64,000 bases of DNA from positions 576,001 through 640,000 of the forward strand of contig OX638340.1 in assembly GCA_951812955.1 (NCBI GenBank), in the 5' to 3' direction. The stretch comes from an uncultured Gemmatimonadota bacterium (GTDB lineage: Bacteria; JAAXHH01). The position numbers were made by a program, and so were the translations under genes. The notes beneath the pieces were generated by a model. That model was not told the origin of the DNA. It did not search any database and worked only from the letters and a program-made list of their open reading frames with translations. Below, piece by piece: positions 9,397 to 20,000 of the stretch; positions within the stretch are counted from its first letter, which is position 1, and the number at the start of each line of letters is the position of its first letter.

Positions 9397-10938
9397 TTGC
9401 TATCGCGAGTCTCAAGTGGCGCCGTGCAGGGCATCGACGCTATTCACGTAGCCGTGGAAACCCATATCACCAACGGCCTCCCTCATTTTTCCACCGTTGG
9501 GCTTCCGGACAGCGCCGTACGGGAGAGCAAGGATCGCGTGATGGCCGCAATCAAGCAGTCCGGTTTTAACTATCCGTACCGCCGGATCACCATCAACCTT
9601 GCGCCCGCGGACGTGCGGAAGGCGGGTACCTCCTTCGATCTCCCCATCGCCGTCGGCATTCTCGCCGCGTCGGCGCAGTTGCCGGCCCAGTCCCTTGAAG
9701 ATACGGTTCTGCTGGGCGAACTGTCATTGGACGGCGCCCTCCGGCCGGTCAGAGGCGCGCTATCCGTCGCGCTTGCGGCGCGGCGTCTGGGCGCGCGCAG
9801 GGTGATTGTTCCGCGCGAGAATGCCGATGAGGCCGCAATGGCCCGCGACATCGACGTTTACGGCGTACCGACTCTGGAATCCGCGGCCCGCTTCCTCCAG
9901 GGACGAACCGGTTTTGTCCGGTCCCGCCGCGATGCCTGTCAACTCCTCTCGTCCAACGGGGAGTATCCCTTCGATTTCGCCGAAGTAAAAGGACAGGATC
10001 ACGCGAAACGCGCCATAGAAGTAGCTGCCGCGGGATCACACAATCTGCTGCTCATCGGCCCACCGGGTTCGGGCAAAACGATGCTTGCCCGCTGCTTGCC
10101 GTCCATACTTCCCGATTTCACCCTGTCGGAGGCGTTGGAGACTACCCGGATTCATAGTGTGGCGGGCAAGATACCTGCGTTCTCTTCCCTGGTGACCTCA
10201 CGGCCCTTCCGTGCGCCTCACCACACCATTACCGAGGCGGGACTGATCGGCGGCGGGAGGAATCCTAAGCCCGGAGAGGTGTCCCTGGCTCACAACGGCG
10301 TGCTTTTTCTGGATGAACTGCCCGAATTCCGAAAGCACGTGCTGGAAATGCTCCGGCAACCCCTCGAAGACGGAAAAGTCAATCTTTCACGCGCTTCGAG
10401 GTCGCTGGCCTATCCAGCTCGATTTACCCTGGTCGCCGCCATGAATCCCTGTCCATGCGGATACTTCGGCGATCCGGCCCACGAATGCATCTGCCCGCCC
10501 AACCGGATTCATCAATACATGTCCCGGATTTCCGGACCGCTGCTCGACCGGATCGATTTGCACGTCGAGGTACCCCCGGTACCGTACGGGCTCCTCAGCG
10601 GCCGTTCCGGCGGCGAACCGTCCGATCGAATCAGAGATCGGGTCAACCGCTCCAGGGAACGCCAGTTGCCGCGTTTTTCCAACCATCCCGGCTCCTTTGG
10701 CAACGCGCACATGACGCCCCGCGATCTTCACCGCTATTGCAGTATGGACGGAAGCGCCCACGACCTGTTGCGGAGCGCCATCGCCCGTCTGGGTCTCTCC
10801 GCCAGGGCCTACGATCGTATTCTGAAAGTCGCCAGAACCATCGGCGACCTGGCCGGTGCGGAAGAGATCAACGCGGAACACGTGGGCGAAGCTATACAGT
10901 ACCGGTCACTCGACCGCGGCAAATGGATGGACTTCTGA
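9397..10938 (+). CDS. comM: YifB/ComM family Mg-chelatase-like AAA+ ATPase
   Basis: Lon-like N-domain, Walker A 'GPPGSGKTM', 'VLFLDELPEF', Cys-rich 'CPCGYFGDPAHECICPP'. TTG start with GAAAGGGA upstream. Confidence 0.9.
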   Translation: MLSRVSSGAVQGIDAIHVAVETHITNGLPHFSTVGLPDSAVRESKDRVMAAIKQSGFNYPYRRITINLAPADVRKAGTSFDLPIAVGILAASAQLPAQSLEDTVLLGELSLDGALRPVRGALSVALAARRLGARRVIVPRENADEAAMARDIDVYGVPTLESAARFLQGRTGFVRSRRDACQLLSSNGEYPFDFAEVKGQDHAKRAIEVAAAGSHNLLLIGPPGSGKTMLARCLPSILPDFTLSEALETTRIHSVAGKIPAFSSLVTSRPFRAPHHTITEAGLIGGGRNPKPGEVSLAHNGVLFLDELPEFRKHVLEMLRQPLEDGKVNLSRASRSLAYPARFTLVAAMNPCPCGYFGDPAHECICPPNRIHQYMSRISGPLLDRIDLHVEVPPVPYGLLSGRSGGEPSDRIRDRVNRSRERQLPRFSNHPGSFGNAHMTPRDLHRYCSMDGSAHDLLRSAIARLGLSARAYDRILKVARTIGDLAGAEEINAEHVGEAIQYRSLDRGKWMDF

Positions 10939-11056
10939 GCGGGGTACGCGTTCCATAAACAGCTTTGAATCCACCTTGACCCGTGCTATAGTTAACAGGA
11001 TGGAAGAGGGGGGCGCACCGAGCAGACCAATCACCGCAGGCGCGGAGTCCGAATCC

Positions 11057-12187
11057 ATGTCCAGAACTGGAACGAAGTTTATCGGTCTTTCCGTCGTGTT
11101 CCTGCTGATTGCGGGATGTGGATTTCCCGGGCAGGCGGATCCGGCCGTCTCATTTTCCCCGGAACGCTACGCGGCCCTGGTGGACAGCCTTTCCGAGCAG
11201 GGCGGCTTTTTCGACAGCGACAACCTCGTATCGAACGAGGCCGGTTATCTGCACGTTAAGCATGCGCTTAAGCGGATCGGCGTCGAAGGCGGGGTCTACA
11301 TCGGCGTGGGTCCTGATCAAAATTTCACCTACATTGCGCAGATCCGGCCCCGGTACGCTTTCATACTCGATATTCGCCGGGACAACCTCATCGAGCACCT
11401 GCTGTACAAGGCCATCTTCGCCCTGGCGGAATCGCGTACCGAATTTCTTTCCATCCTCTTCAGCAAACCCGTTTCGAACGCCCGATTCACCGGCGGTACG
11501 CCCACAATTGAAGAACTGGTTACGTATTTCGATCGTACCGAAGGGGACGCAGGTCTGTTCCGCCGCAATCAGGAACGCGTTCTGGCGCGCTTAGGTGCTT
11601 TCAAGGTCCTGTCGAGTGAAGCGGAGATGCAGCGGGTGTCCGAACTGTACCGCGCTTTTTTCGAGCGGCATCTGAACCTGAGGTGGGAGTACCGGTCGGA
11701 CGGAGACCGGGGTATCTCCTTTATTTCCTACAAATCGTTCCTGCTGGGCCAGGACCTCGATGGCGTCCACGGGAATTTCCTGGCATCGGACGAAGACTAC
11801 CAGTTCATCCGGGATATGCAGGAGCGAAACGCCATCATACCCGTAACGGGAGACTTTGCAGGCAGCCATGCCCTCAGGGCCATCGGGGATTTCGTTCGGG
11901 AAAGGGGAGATAGAGTATCTGCGTTCTATCTTTCGAATGTCGAGTACTACCTATATCCCGACGGACGTCTTGACGAATTCGCGGATAACGTCCGGTATCT
12001 GCCGACGGACGGCGGGAGCGTACTGATTCGCGCCTTCGTGAATCTGAGACAGCAGGCCCATCCGTTGCGGGTGGAACGGCACCTGATGACCACCGTACTC
12101 CAGTACACGCGATCCTTCAGCCAACTGTACGCCGACGGGGCCTACTCTTCCTACCTGGACCTGGGCGTGAAAAACTACATGCAGTAG
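11057..12187 (+). CDS. hypothetical lipoprotein (unknown function)
   Basis: ATG 11057 gives a signal peptide with lipobox 'VFLLIAGC'. Conserved-looking core 'GVYIGVGPDQNFTYIAQIRPRYAFILDIRRDN'. I do not recognise a family. Confidence 0.6.
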   Translation: MSRTGTKFIGLSVVFLLIAGCGFPGQADPAVSFSPERYAALVDSLSEQGGFFDSDNLVSNEAGYLHVKHALKRIGVEGGVYIGVGPDQNFTYIAQIRPRYAFILDIRRDNLIEHLLYKAIFALAESRTEFLSILFSKPVSNARFTGGTPTIEELVTYFDRTEGDAGLFRRNQERVLARLGAFKVLSSEAEMQRVSELYRAFFERHLNLRWEYRSDGDRGISFISYKSFLLGQDLDGVHGNFLASDEDYQFIRDMQERNAIIPVTGDFAGSHALRAIGDFVRERGDRVSAFYLSNVEYYLYPDGRLDEFADNVRYLPTDGGSVLIRAFVNLRQQAHPLRVERHLMTTVLQYTRSFSQLYADGAYSSYLDLGVKNYMQ

Positions 12188-12189
12188 GT

Positions 12190-13482
12190 TCAGAGCGTCC
12201 GCTCCACCGCTTCCACCGCTTCCCCGAGCACCGTGGCTATTCGTACAATCTCATCCTCGGTGACGGTGTAGGGCGGACTGATCGCGACGTGATCGCCGTT
12301 CACTCCATCCAGGGGACCAGGTGCGCCCGGCATGATCAACACGCCCCGTTCAAAGGCTTCCCGCACCACCCGGCCCGTCACGCCGAGCGACGGATCGAAG
12401 GTTGTGCCCCGCTCAGCGTCCGCCGCGAACTCGACTCCGCAGAGCAGGCCCTTACCACGCACTGTCCGCACCATGGACAGTCCGGTCAGCGCCTGCAGCT
12501 GGTCAAGCAGCGCTTCTCCCATTTCCGCGCACCGTGCAACGAGGTCATGGTTTTCGACATACTCCTGCACCGCCAGCGCGGTGGCGCAGGACAGGGGATT
12601 GCCGCCGTAAGTATGGCCATGCGCGAAGGCCGGCGCGGTTTCGTAGATGGTATCGTAAATCTCGTCCCTTGCGAGGGTCGCGGCGATCGGCGTGTATCCG
12701 CTGCTGAGTCCCTTCCCGGTGGCCATCAGGTCCGGGACGACCCCCCAGTGATCGATCCCGAAATTTACCCCGGTCCTTCCGTACCCGGTGACGACTTCAT
12801 CGACGATCAGGAGAATCCCGTAGTGATCGCAGATGTCCCTGACTGTGCGGAAGTAGTCGTCCGGCGGCGCCAGTCCGGCGGAGGAAGTCCCCAGGATGGG
12901 TTCGACGATAAAGGCGGATATGTATTCCGCGCCGACCTGAAGGATCTCGCGCTCCAGTTCGTCGGTGCTGTGTTGCGATATGTGGGGGAAATCCAGCAGG
13001 TACGGCGTGTAGTCCTTCCTCCAGGCCGATCGGCCCGACATGGACAGGGCGCCGATCGTGTTTCCGTGCCAGCTCTGCCAGCAGGAAATGACCTTGTATT
13101 TAGACGGGTTGCCGGATTCCACGTGGTATTTCCGCGCGATCTTCATCGCCGCTTCCGTGGCCTCCGACCCGCCGGATACGAAAAACACCCGGCTCATCCC
13201 TTCCGGCGCCAGATCGGTGATCTTCCGCGCCAGGTCGATCTGCGGCTGGCTGATGAACTGTCCATAGGCAAAGGTGATCTTCCGGGCCTGTTCGGACATG
13301 GCCTCGGCGATTTCCTCTACGCCGTGGCCGATGCTGACGACGTGCACCCCCGCGCAGGCATCCAGGTAGGCCATGCCTTCCGTATCATAAAGGTAGCACC
13401 CCCTTCCGTGTGATATCCGCGGCCAACGGTCCCTGCGCGCACGGTGGAAGATGCGCTCTCCCGGTTCGCCTCGATGTACCAT
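12190..13482 (-). CDS. class III (omega-type) pyridoxal-phosphate aminotransferase
   Basis: 'GRGCYLYDTEGMAYLDA', 'FFVSGGSEATEAAMKIARKY', 'LIVDEVVTGYGRTG', 'ATGKGLSSGYTPI' (PLP Lys). ATG 13482 has GGAG 5 nt upstream; ATG 13524 is the alternative. Confidence 0.8.
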   Translation of the reverse strand: MVHRGEPGERIFHRARRDRWPRISHGRGCYLYDTEGMAYLDACAGVHVVSIGHGVEEIAEAMSEQARKITFAYGQFISQPQIDLARKITDLAPEGMSRVFFVSGGSEATEAAMKIARKYHVESGNPSKYKVISCWQSWHGNTIGALSMSGRSAWRKDYTPYLLDFPHISQHSTDELEREILQVGAEYISAFIVEPILGTSSAGLAPPDDYFRTVRDICDHYGILLIVDEVVTGYGRTGVNFGIDHWGVVPDLMATGKGLSSGYTPIAATLARDEIYDTIYETAPAFAHGHTYGGNPLSCATALAVQEYVENHDLVARCAEMGEALLDQLQALTGLSMVRTVRGKGLLCGVEFAADAERGTTFDPSLGVTGRVVREAFERGVLIMPGAPGPLDGVNGDHVAISPPYTVTEDEIVRIATVLGEAVEAVERTL

Positions 13483-13529
13483 GTATACTCCAGGATTCGA
13501 TTGCCCACTTCGGAAGTGGTACATCCCAT

Positions 13530-14417
13530 CTACTTCAAAATGCGCTGGTCGCTCAGGTCCTTGCCCCCGACGGTTTCCACGATATTCGCGCCCCGGAAGG
13601 CGACCTGCTCCAGTTCCGAAAAAGCGTTTACTATATGATACTGCGTAGGAAGGTCCTGCCATTCCGCCCGGTGGAACCGCACGCTTCCCCGGCCTGTCTG
13701 CTGCGCCGTCACCCGGCGGTTCGGAGTATGGGAAGGGGTTAAAACGGCATAGGCAGCGTCGGCCCTGCCCCATTCCCCGGTACGTGGTATGTACTTGTAG
13801 TGAAGCGTTCCCGTCAAAGGCTCCTGGCCAGTCTCGGCCGCGACGTCTTCGTCTACGCCGTCCGGCGCAACTTCCACCGCCGCTTCACCTTCTGTCTCCG
13901 ATGCGGGGACTCCTGTCATCTCCGCCAGGCACATGTCCATGAAGACGAAACCGAGCCAGTCAGCCGTGCAGCGTGTGTGCCCGTTCAGGACAACCGGTGG
14001 CTGGATCGCGCAGTAGATCTTCGAGAACCCCAGTTGTTCCCTGCCGGTGAGAATGGGATCGGCAAGGTTTTCCCACAACACCGCAAGGAAGGATCCCCGG
14101 GCACGGTCCCGTTCCCCCGTGTATTCCGCAGGGAAACTCACTCCGAGGGTGTTGTATCCCCTGCCGGCCAGCCATTCGATTTCGGTGATGTAGGAAACCG
14201 TCACGGTAATCACGGGCTCTCCGGCCAGACTGAATCCCTGGGGAAGCAGCGCGTCCAGCTGATCCGCCCTGGTCAGGAAGCTCACGGAATACGAAGTGGT
14301 CCTCGGCGAATCCTTGCAGTCGAATCCGCGCCCGTCGGGTCCCTGCCGGGGTCCCGCCCCAGGCCCGAAATGAGTCGGCATCATATACATACGTCCGGGC
14401 TGAAGCTTATAGGGCAT
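13530..14417 (-). CDS. acetoacetate decarboxylase (ADC) family protein
   Basis: 'MYMMPTHFGP' N-terminus and 'FLTRADQLDALLPQGFSL...VSYITEIEWLAGRGYNTLGVSF' resemble the ADC-family fold signature. Family call is from memory only. Confidence 0.55.
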   Translation of the reverse strand: MPYKLQPGRMYMMPTHFGPGAGPRQGPDGRGFDCKDSPRTTSYSVSFLTRADQLDALLPQGFSLAGEPVITVTVSYITEIEWLAGRGYNTLGVSFPAEYTGERDRARGSFLAVLWENLADPILTGREQLGFSKIYCAIQPPVVLNGHTRCTADWLGFVFMDMCLAEMTGVPASETEGEAAVEVAPDGVDEDVAAETGQEPLTGTLHYKYIPRTGEWGRADAAYAVLTPSHTPNRRVTAQQTGRGSVRFHRAEWQDLPTQYHIVNAFSELEQVAFRGANIVETVGGKDLSDQRILK

Positions 14418-14442
14418 GGCGCACGCTCACACGAAAATCCGG

Positions 14443-14480
14443 CGGACCGCCTGGGTCGCACTCTGTCGGACCGCCTGGGT
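14443..14480. repeat. 14-bp perfect direct repeat CGGACCGCCTGGGT (two copies, 24-bp period) in a divergent intergenic region
   Basis: Copies at 14443-14456 and 14467-14480, between the ADC-like gene (minus) and the aldo-keto reductase (plus). Confidence 0.9.
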
Positions 14481-14618
14481 TTCCATCGGGTTCCGTTTCG
14501 TACCGAATTGCGCTAAAACAGTCCGAACATCCAGTTTTGTCTGGCATTGCATTGGTCCGACTATATACAATTCCTACAGTTCATGTCAAGTTCAGGGTAT
14601 ACCTCCGGCGGGACAATC

Positions 14619-15605
14619 ATGCGGCACAGAATCCTCGGCAGGACAGGTATTCGGGTAAGTGAAATCGGAATGGGCGGGCTGTTCGTTTCAAAGCACGGTT
14701 CGGAACGAGCCGGCGGGATTCGGGCGGTTCGGCGAGGACTGGAACTCGGCATTAACTACGTTGATACGGCCCCGTCATACATGGACTCCGAGGAAGTGAT
14801 GGGTCAGGCCCTGGACGGGGTTGCGCAGAATTACATCCTTTCTACCAAGCTGGGAGGGCGCCCAGATCCCTTCGATCCCCGGGACCGGAAACAGTTGCGG
14901 CAGTCGGTGGAAACCAGCCTGGAGCTGTTGAAGCGAGATAAAATCGATATTCTTATGATCCATGAACCGGATCGTCCCGGCCAGTACGACTGGTTTAACG
15001 ACTGGGAACGGTTTCATGGCCCGGTCTGCGATCTACTGACGGAATTGAAATCCGAAGGCGTAATCCGTTACACCGGCCTGGGAGGCACCACGGCGTATAC
15101 GCTGCCCGATATCATGGCGACCGGCGCGTACGATGTCGTGCTCACGGCTTTCAATTATAGTCTGCTCTGGCAGGAAGCGCTTCACGTGGTACTCCCTGAA
15201 GCGGTGAAACAGAACATGGGGATCGTCGTGGGATCCCCCCTGCAGCAAGGCGCGCTCTCCGCCTGTTTCACCGAGGAGGTGGAGCACGGAGCGCCGTGGC
15301 TGTCCCCACCACGGCGCGAGCAGTTCAGACAGCTTTACGACCTGGTGGCGGAACTGGATATGCCCCTTCCGGAACTGGCGATCCGCTGGGTGATCTCCAA
15401 TCCCATCGTCTCCACGGTCCTGTCGGGTTCGCGGTCGGTCGAGGAGGTAGAACAGAACGTTGGATACGTGGATTCGGGGCCCCTGCCGGACGCAGTCATG
15501 GAACGGGTGCAGGAGATCGCCGACCTGGTGCCTTTTCGGCCCTTCGAGGAGCCCTTTGGCCTGCCCTTCACGCGCGCTTACCGGGGGCCCGGAATGGCGC
15601 GTTAG
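14619..15605 (+). CDS. aldo/keto reductase
   Basis: 'MRHRILGRTGIRVSEIGMGG', 'INYVDTAPSY', 'DILMIHEPD', 'GLGGT'. The longer ORF start (14547) lacks homology. Confidence 0.85.
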   Translation: MRHRILGRTGIRVSEIGMGGLFVSKHGSERAGGIRAVRRGLELGINYVDTAPSYMDSEEVMGQALDGVAQNYILSTKLGGRPDPFDPRDRKQLRQSVETSLELLKRDKIDILMIHEPDRPGQYDWFNDWERFHGPVCDLLTELKSEGVIRYTGLGGTTAYTLPDIMATGAYDVVLTAFNYSLLWQEALHVVLPEAVKQNMGIVVGSPLQQGALSACFTEEVEHGAPWLSPPRREQFRQLYDLVAELDMPLPELAIRWVISNPIVSTVLSGSRSVEEVEQNVGYVDSGPLPDAVMERVQEIADLVPFRPFEEPFGLPFTRAYRGPGMAR

Positions 15606-15622
15606 ACCGAATCAGGAACAAT

Positions 15623-16975
15623 TTACCGATTATCGGGGCGAACATCCGTCATGCCCAGCACGTTCCTGAGCTTTGCGGCGGCCGTGGCGAGATCATATTC
15701 CGCCGTTACGTGATCGGTCTCGGCCTGTTTCAGGATGAGCTGGGCATCGATGAGTTCGAGCTGCGTGCTGACTCCGCCTTCGAACTGAACCTGGGCGATG
15801 GTCAGGCCTCGGCTGGCCAGTTCAACGGCCTCCGCGCCTGCCAAAACGCGTTCCGATGCTTCCACCAGGTTGAGCAGGGCCTCGGTGACGTCGACTTCGA
15901 TCTGCTTCCGAAGCTGGCGCTCGAAGTATCGTGACAGCTCATAGTCCGCCTGGGCCTGCATGATCCGGCCCGAATTCTCCCTACCGTCAAAGACCGGAAA
16001 CGACACGTTGATCAGCGTGTTCCAGCTCCGGGAGAAATCGTTGAATCCGAGTGACTTGAAACCCGGGTCGTTCACCTGGGCCTGCATGAGGTAGCCGGCG
16101 GAAAGCGATACGTCGGGACGGTTTTCGCCCCTGGCGAGCCGGATGGACGCATCGTTCATCGCCGCCTGCAGTTGGGCGGCTTTAAGGTCCGAACGGTTCG
16201 ACAGCGCCACGGCCACGGCCGATTCGATGTCGCCCGGCAAACCGGACACATCCACATCGAGACTGCCGGTACATCGAATCGGTACCTGCCGCGGCAACCC
16301 AATCAGGCGCTTGAGGTCCGCTTTTGCAATGGCGAGTCGGTTTTTGGCCTGGGTGACCGGCGGGTGGGCGTTGGTCACCTCCACCTTCGACCTGAGCACG
16401 TCGTATTCGGACACCGTTCCGGCCTCATAGAACCGCTGTATGCCTTCGTACTGGGCTACGGCGCGGTCATAGGCCGCCGTGGCGACCTCTACGATGGCTT
16501 CGGCCAGCAGGACGTCGTAGAACCCGTTACGTACCTGGTGCAAGGTGTTTTCGCGCATCTGGTCCGTGTTGGATTCGGAGATCTGTTGATAGAAACGCGC
16601 CATCTTCAGGCCGGCGCCAACCTGTCCCCCCCGGTAGATGGTCTGGGAAAGATCGAGCCCGAAGTTGATCACGTTGTCGGTGCCCACCTTGAAAGTCTGG
16701 CCGCCGAAATTGAACTCCGGCAGAGACCAGTTACGCGTGACCGTACTGCTGAAATCCAACTTGGGCAGCGCTTCGGAGTAGGCTTCCCGCACGCGCGCAC
16801 GCGCCCGGTCTTCTTCAAGCCTGGTGCTCAACAGGGATTCGTTATTCTTCAGCGCGAGTTCGAACGCCCGGTCGAGCGTAAGCACGATCTCATCGCCCTG
16901 CTGGGCGGAAGACGGGAATGCGATGCTTGTCGCGCATGCGACGGACACCAGTGTTTTCAGCATGGCGCGAATCAT
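15623..16975 (-). CDS. TolC-family outer-membrane efflux protein
   Basis: ATG 16975 (GGAGGA upstream) gives signal peptide 'MIRAMLKTLVSVACATSIAFPSSAQQ'. Two OEP repeats. Last gene of the RND operon. Confidence 0.8.
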   Translation of the reverse strand: MIRAMLKTLVSVACATSIAFPSSAQQGDEIVLTLDRAFELALKNNESLLSTRLEEDRARARVREAYSEALPKLDFSSTVTRNWSLPEFNFGGQTFKVGTDNVINFGLDLSQTIYRGGQVGAGLKMARFYQQISESNTDQMRENTLHQVRNGFYDVLLAEAIVEVATAAYDRAVAQYEGIQRFYEAGTVSEYDVLRSKVEVTNAHPPVTQAKNRLAIAKADLKRLIGLPRQVPIRCTGSLDVDVSGLPGDIESAVAVALSNRSDLKAAQLQAAMNDASIRLARGENRPDVSLSAGYLMQAQVNDPGFKSLGFNDFSRSWNTLINVSFPVFDGRENSGRIMQAQADYELSRYFERQLRKQIEVDVTEALLNLVEASERVLAGAEAVELASRGLTIAQVQFEGGVSTQLELIDAQLILKQAETDHVTAEYDLATAAAKLRNVLGMTDVRPDNR

Positions 16976-17007
16976 GTTATCCTCCGGATTCACTCTCTGG
17001 CTTCCGG

Positions 17008-20000
17008 TTACACCGCAGCCACGGGTTGTTCCACGGCGGTCCCGGTATCCGGGCCGCGCTCTTCCTCTGCCTCTCCGCCACCTCCACCACCCCGTTCCGC
17101 CCATCCCGATATGAAGTCATACATCACGGGAACCACGATCAGCGTCAGTACCGTGGCAATGGCCAGGCCGAAGATCACGGCCACCCCCATGGGCCCCCAC
17201 CACTGCGAGCTTTCTCCGCCGATTTCCAGGGTCAAAGTCCAGAAATTGAAACTCAACCCCGTGGTCAGGGGTATGAGCCCGAGAATCGTGGTAATTGCAG
17301 TCAACAAGACGGGGCGCAGACGGGTAACGCCTCCCTGGACGATCGCTTCCCGTTTGCGGAGTCCCCGGTTGCGCAGCTTTCGGATATAGTCGATCAGCAC
17401 GATAGCGTTGTTCACTACCACGCCCGCCAGGCTGATCACTCCGATGCCGGTCATGATGATTCCGAAAGGGGTCGCGGTAACAATCAATCCGAATAGGACG
17501 CCGATCAGCGAGAGCACCACGGACATCATGATGATGAGGGGCATGGTGACGGAATTGAACTGTGTGACGAGCACGAGCGTAATCAGGATCAGGGCGATGA
17601 GAAAGGCCTTGGATAAAAAGTCGGTGGCTTCGTCCTGCTCCACGTTTTCCCCGGTGTACCGCAGGCTGTATCCTTCTGGTAGCGACAGATCCGCGAGGGT
17701 AGTTTGCACGTCCTCGAGCACGTCGTTCGCCAGCCGGCCTTCCACGTCGCCCGCGATGGTCAGCACGCGTTCCTGGTCCTTCCGCTTGATGGATCCTACC
17801 CCGCCGGTCACGCGGGTCTGCGCCAGGGAACTGAGCGAGACCAGTTCGTCATCATGGATGATGTGGATTCTCTCCAGATCGGCGAATGTGGATCGCTCGG
17901 GTTCCGCGAACCGTACTATGATATCGTATTCTTCCTCCCCCACTCTGTATTTGGAGGCTTCCGTGCCATTGATGGCCGTACGCACCGCGCGGGCGATCTT
18001 GGCCGTGTTCAATTCAAGTAGCGCGGCCTGTTCTCTATCGATTTCCACCGTGAGTTCGGGCTTGCCCGAATCGTAATCGTCCTTGAGATCCACCAGGCCG
18101 GGTATATTCTCGATCATCAGCATGGCCTCGTCGGCAAGCCGGCCGAGCACGGAGAAATCCTCCCCGACGAATTCGATGTTTACGGGCGCCGCGGTGGGCG
18201 GTCCGGCCTGAGGCGTAATGATCTCCACGTCGGCGCCGATGAGACGTTCCATCCTTTGCCTGATCATTTCCACGGTCAGGAAAGAGGATTGCGTGCGGTC
18301 TTGCCGTTCGAAGAAGTCCACGATGATCCTGGACTTGTGCGGCGTACCGCCGCCTGCTGCGCTGAAGTCCTGTGGATTCGGCGATGCGCCTACGCTGGCG
18401 ACGTATTGTTTCATGTCCGGTACGTCCCGGATGTAATCCTCCGCCTGGCGTACGATATCATTTGATACGTCCAGCTTGGTGCCGATCGCAGAATTCACGT
18501 CGATATACGCCTGGTTGGGTTCGGTCTCGGGAAAGAACTCCACGCCCTTGCCGATCGCGGCGTAGAGTACGATCATTCCGAAGAGCGAGGCGCAGGTGAC
18601 CAGCATGACCACGGCCCTGTGCGCAAGCGCCCACATGAGAAACCGGCTGTAGCGGCGCCGCAGAACCATCAGCCAGCGTTGGTCCTCGCGTTTGCGGGTC
18701 ACACTGAGCAAAACCGAACAGACGGTAGGATTGATAATGAGACCGACGAACAGGGAAGCAGAGAGCGTGATGATCAGCGTGGCGGGCAGGTAGCTCATGA
18801 AATCACCGATTATGCCGGGCCAGAATAGCATGGGGGCGAAGGCGCACAACGTGGTCAGCGTGGAAGTGCACACCGGCACTGCCACCTCTCCCACGCCCTC
18901 TCGCGCGGCACGAACCAGGGGAGTTCCTTCCTCGCGGTGGCGATAAATGTTCTCGACTATGACGATGGCGTTATCCACGAGCATGCCCAGCGCCAGGATG
19001 AGGCTGAACAACACGACCATGTTCAGGGTGTAGCCGAGGATATCGAGTACGATGAAGGAGATCAGCATGGACAGCGGAATCGCAATAGCCACGAATAGTG
19101 CGTTGCGCACGCCCATGAACATGAACAGTACGCAGACCACCAGGATCAGCCCCGAGATGATGTTGTTCTCGAGGTCGCTGATCATGGACCTGATGTCCTT
19201 AGACTGGTCGGCCAGGACGGCCAGGTTGATGGTCTTCGGCAACCGTTCCCGTTCTTCGTCCAGCAATTCCTTCACGGCGTCGGCAATCTGTATCAGGTTC
19301 TCTCCGCTGCGTTTCTGCACATTCAGCGATACACACGGCAGTCCGTCCAGCCGCGCGTAGGTGGATACTTCCTTGAACCCGAACCGCACCTCCGCCACGT
19401 CCCCGATGGCGATAGGCTGACGATTGAAGGTCTTGATGACAAGCGCTCCGATCTCTTCCGGTGTCGTAAATTCGCCCGGCACCCTGACCGCGTATCTCAG
19501 CGTTCCGGTCTTGATCGAACCGCCGGGCATGTTGAGATTTTCCTGCCGGATCGTTTCGATGATATCCTCGAGTTCCAGCCCGTAATACACCATCCGATCC
19601 GGATCCACGTTGACCTGGACTTCCCTTTCCAACCCGCCCGCGACCGTAACGTCCAGTACGCCCGCGATCTGTTCGATCCGCTGTTCCAGGTCTTCCGCGA
19701 TATCCTTCAGCGTCACGAGGCTGTGCGTGCCGGCGACGTTGATCACCAGAATGGGGATATCGTCGAAGTTGATCTCCCGGATGGTTGATTCTTCCGCGTC
19801 GTCCGGGATCTCGGATCGCGCGAGGTCGACCTCTTCCCGCACCTTCTGGAGCGCGTTGTTGATGTCCACGTCGGTCTCGAATTCGATCACGACCGTCGAG
19901 ATGCCTTCACTGGAGGTCGAGGAGATCTCCTTCACGTTGGCAAGTTCTTCGAGGTGTTTCTCGAGCGGCTGGGTAACCAGGTTCTCTATGTCCGCTGGAG

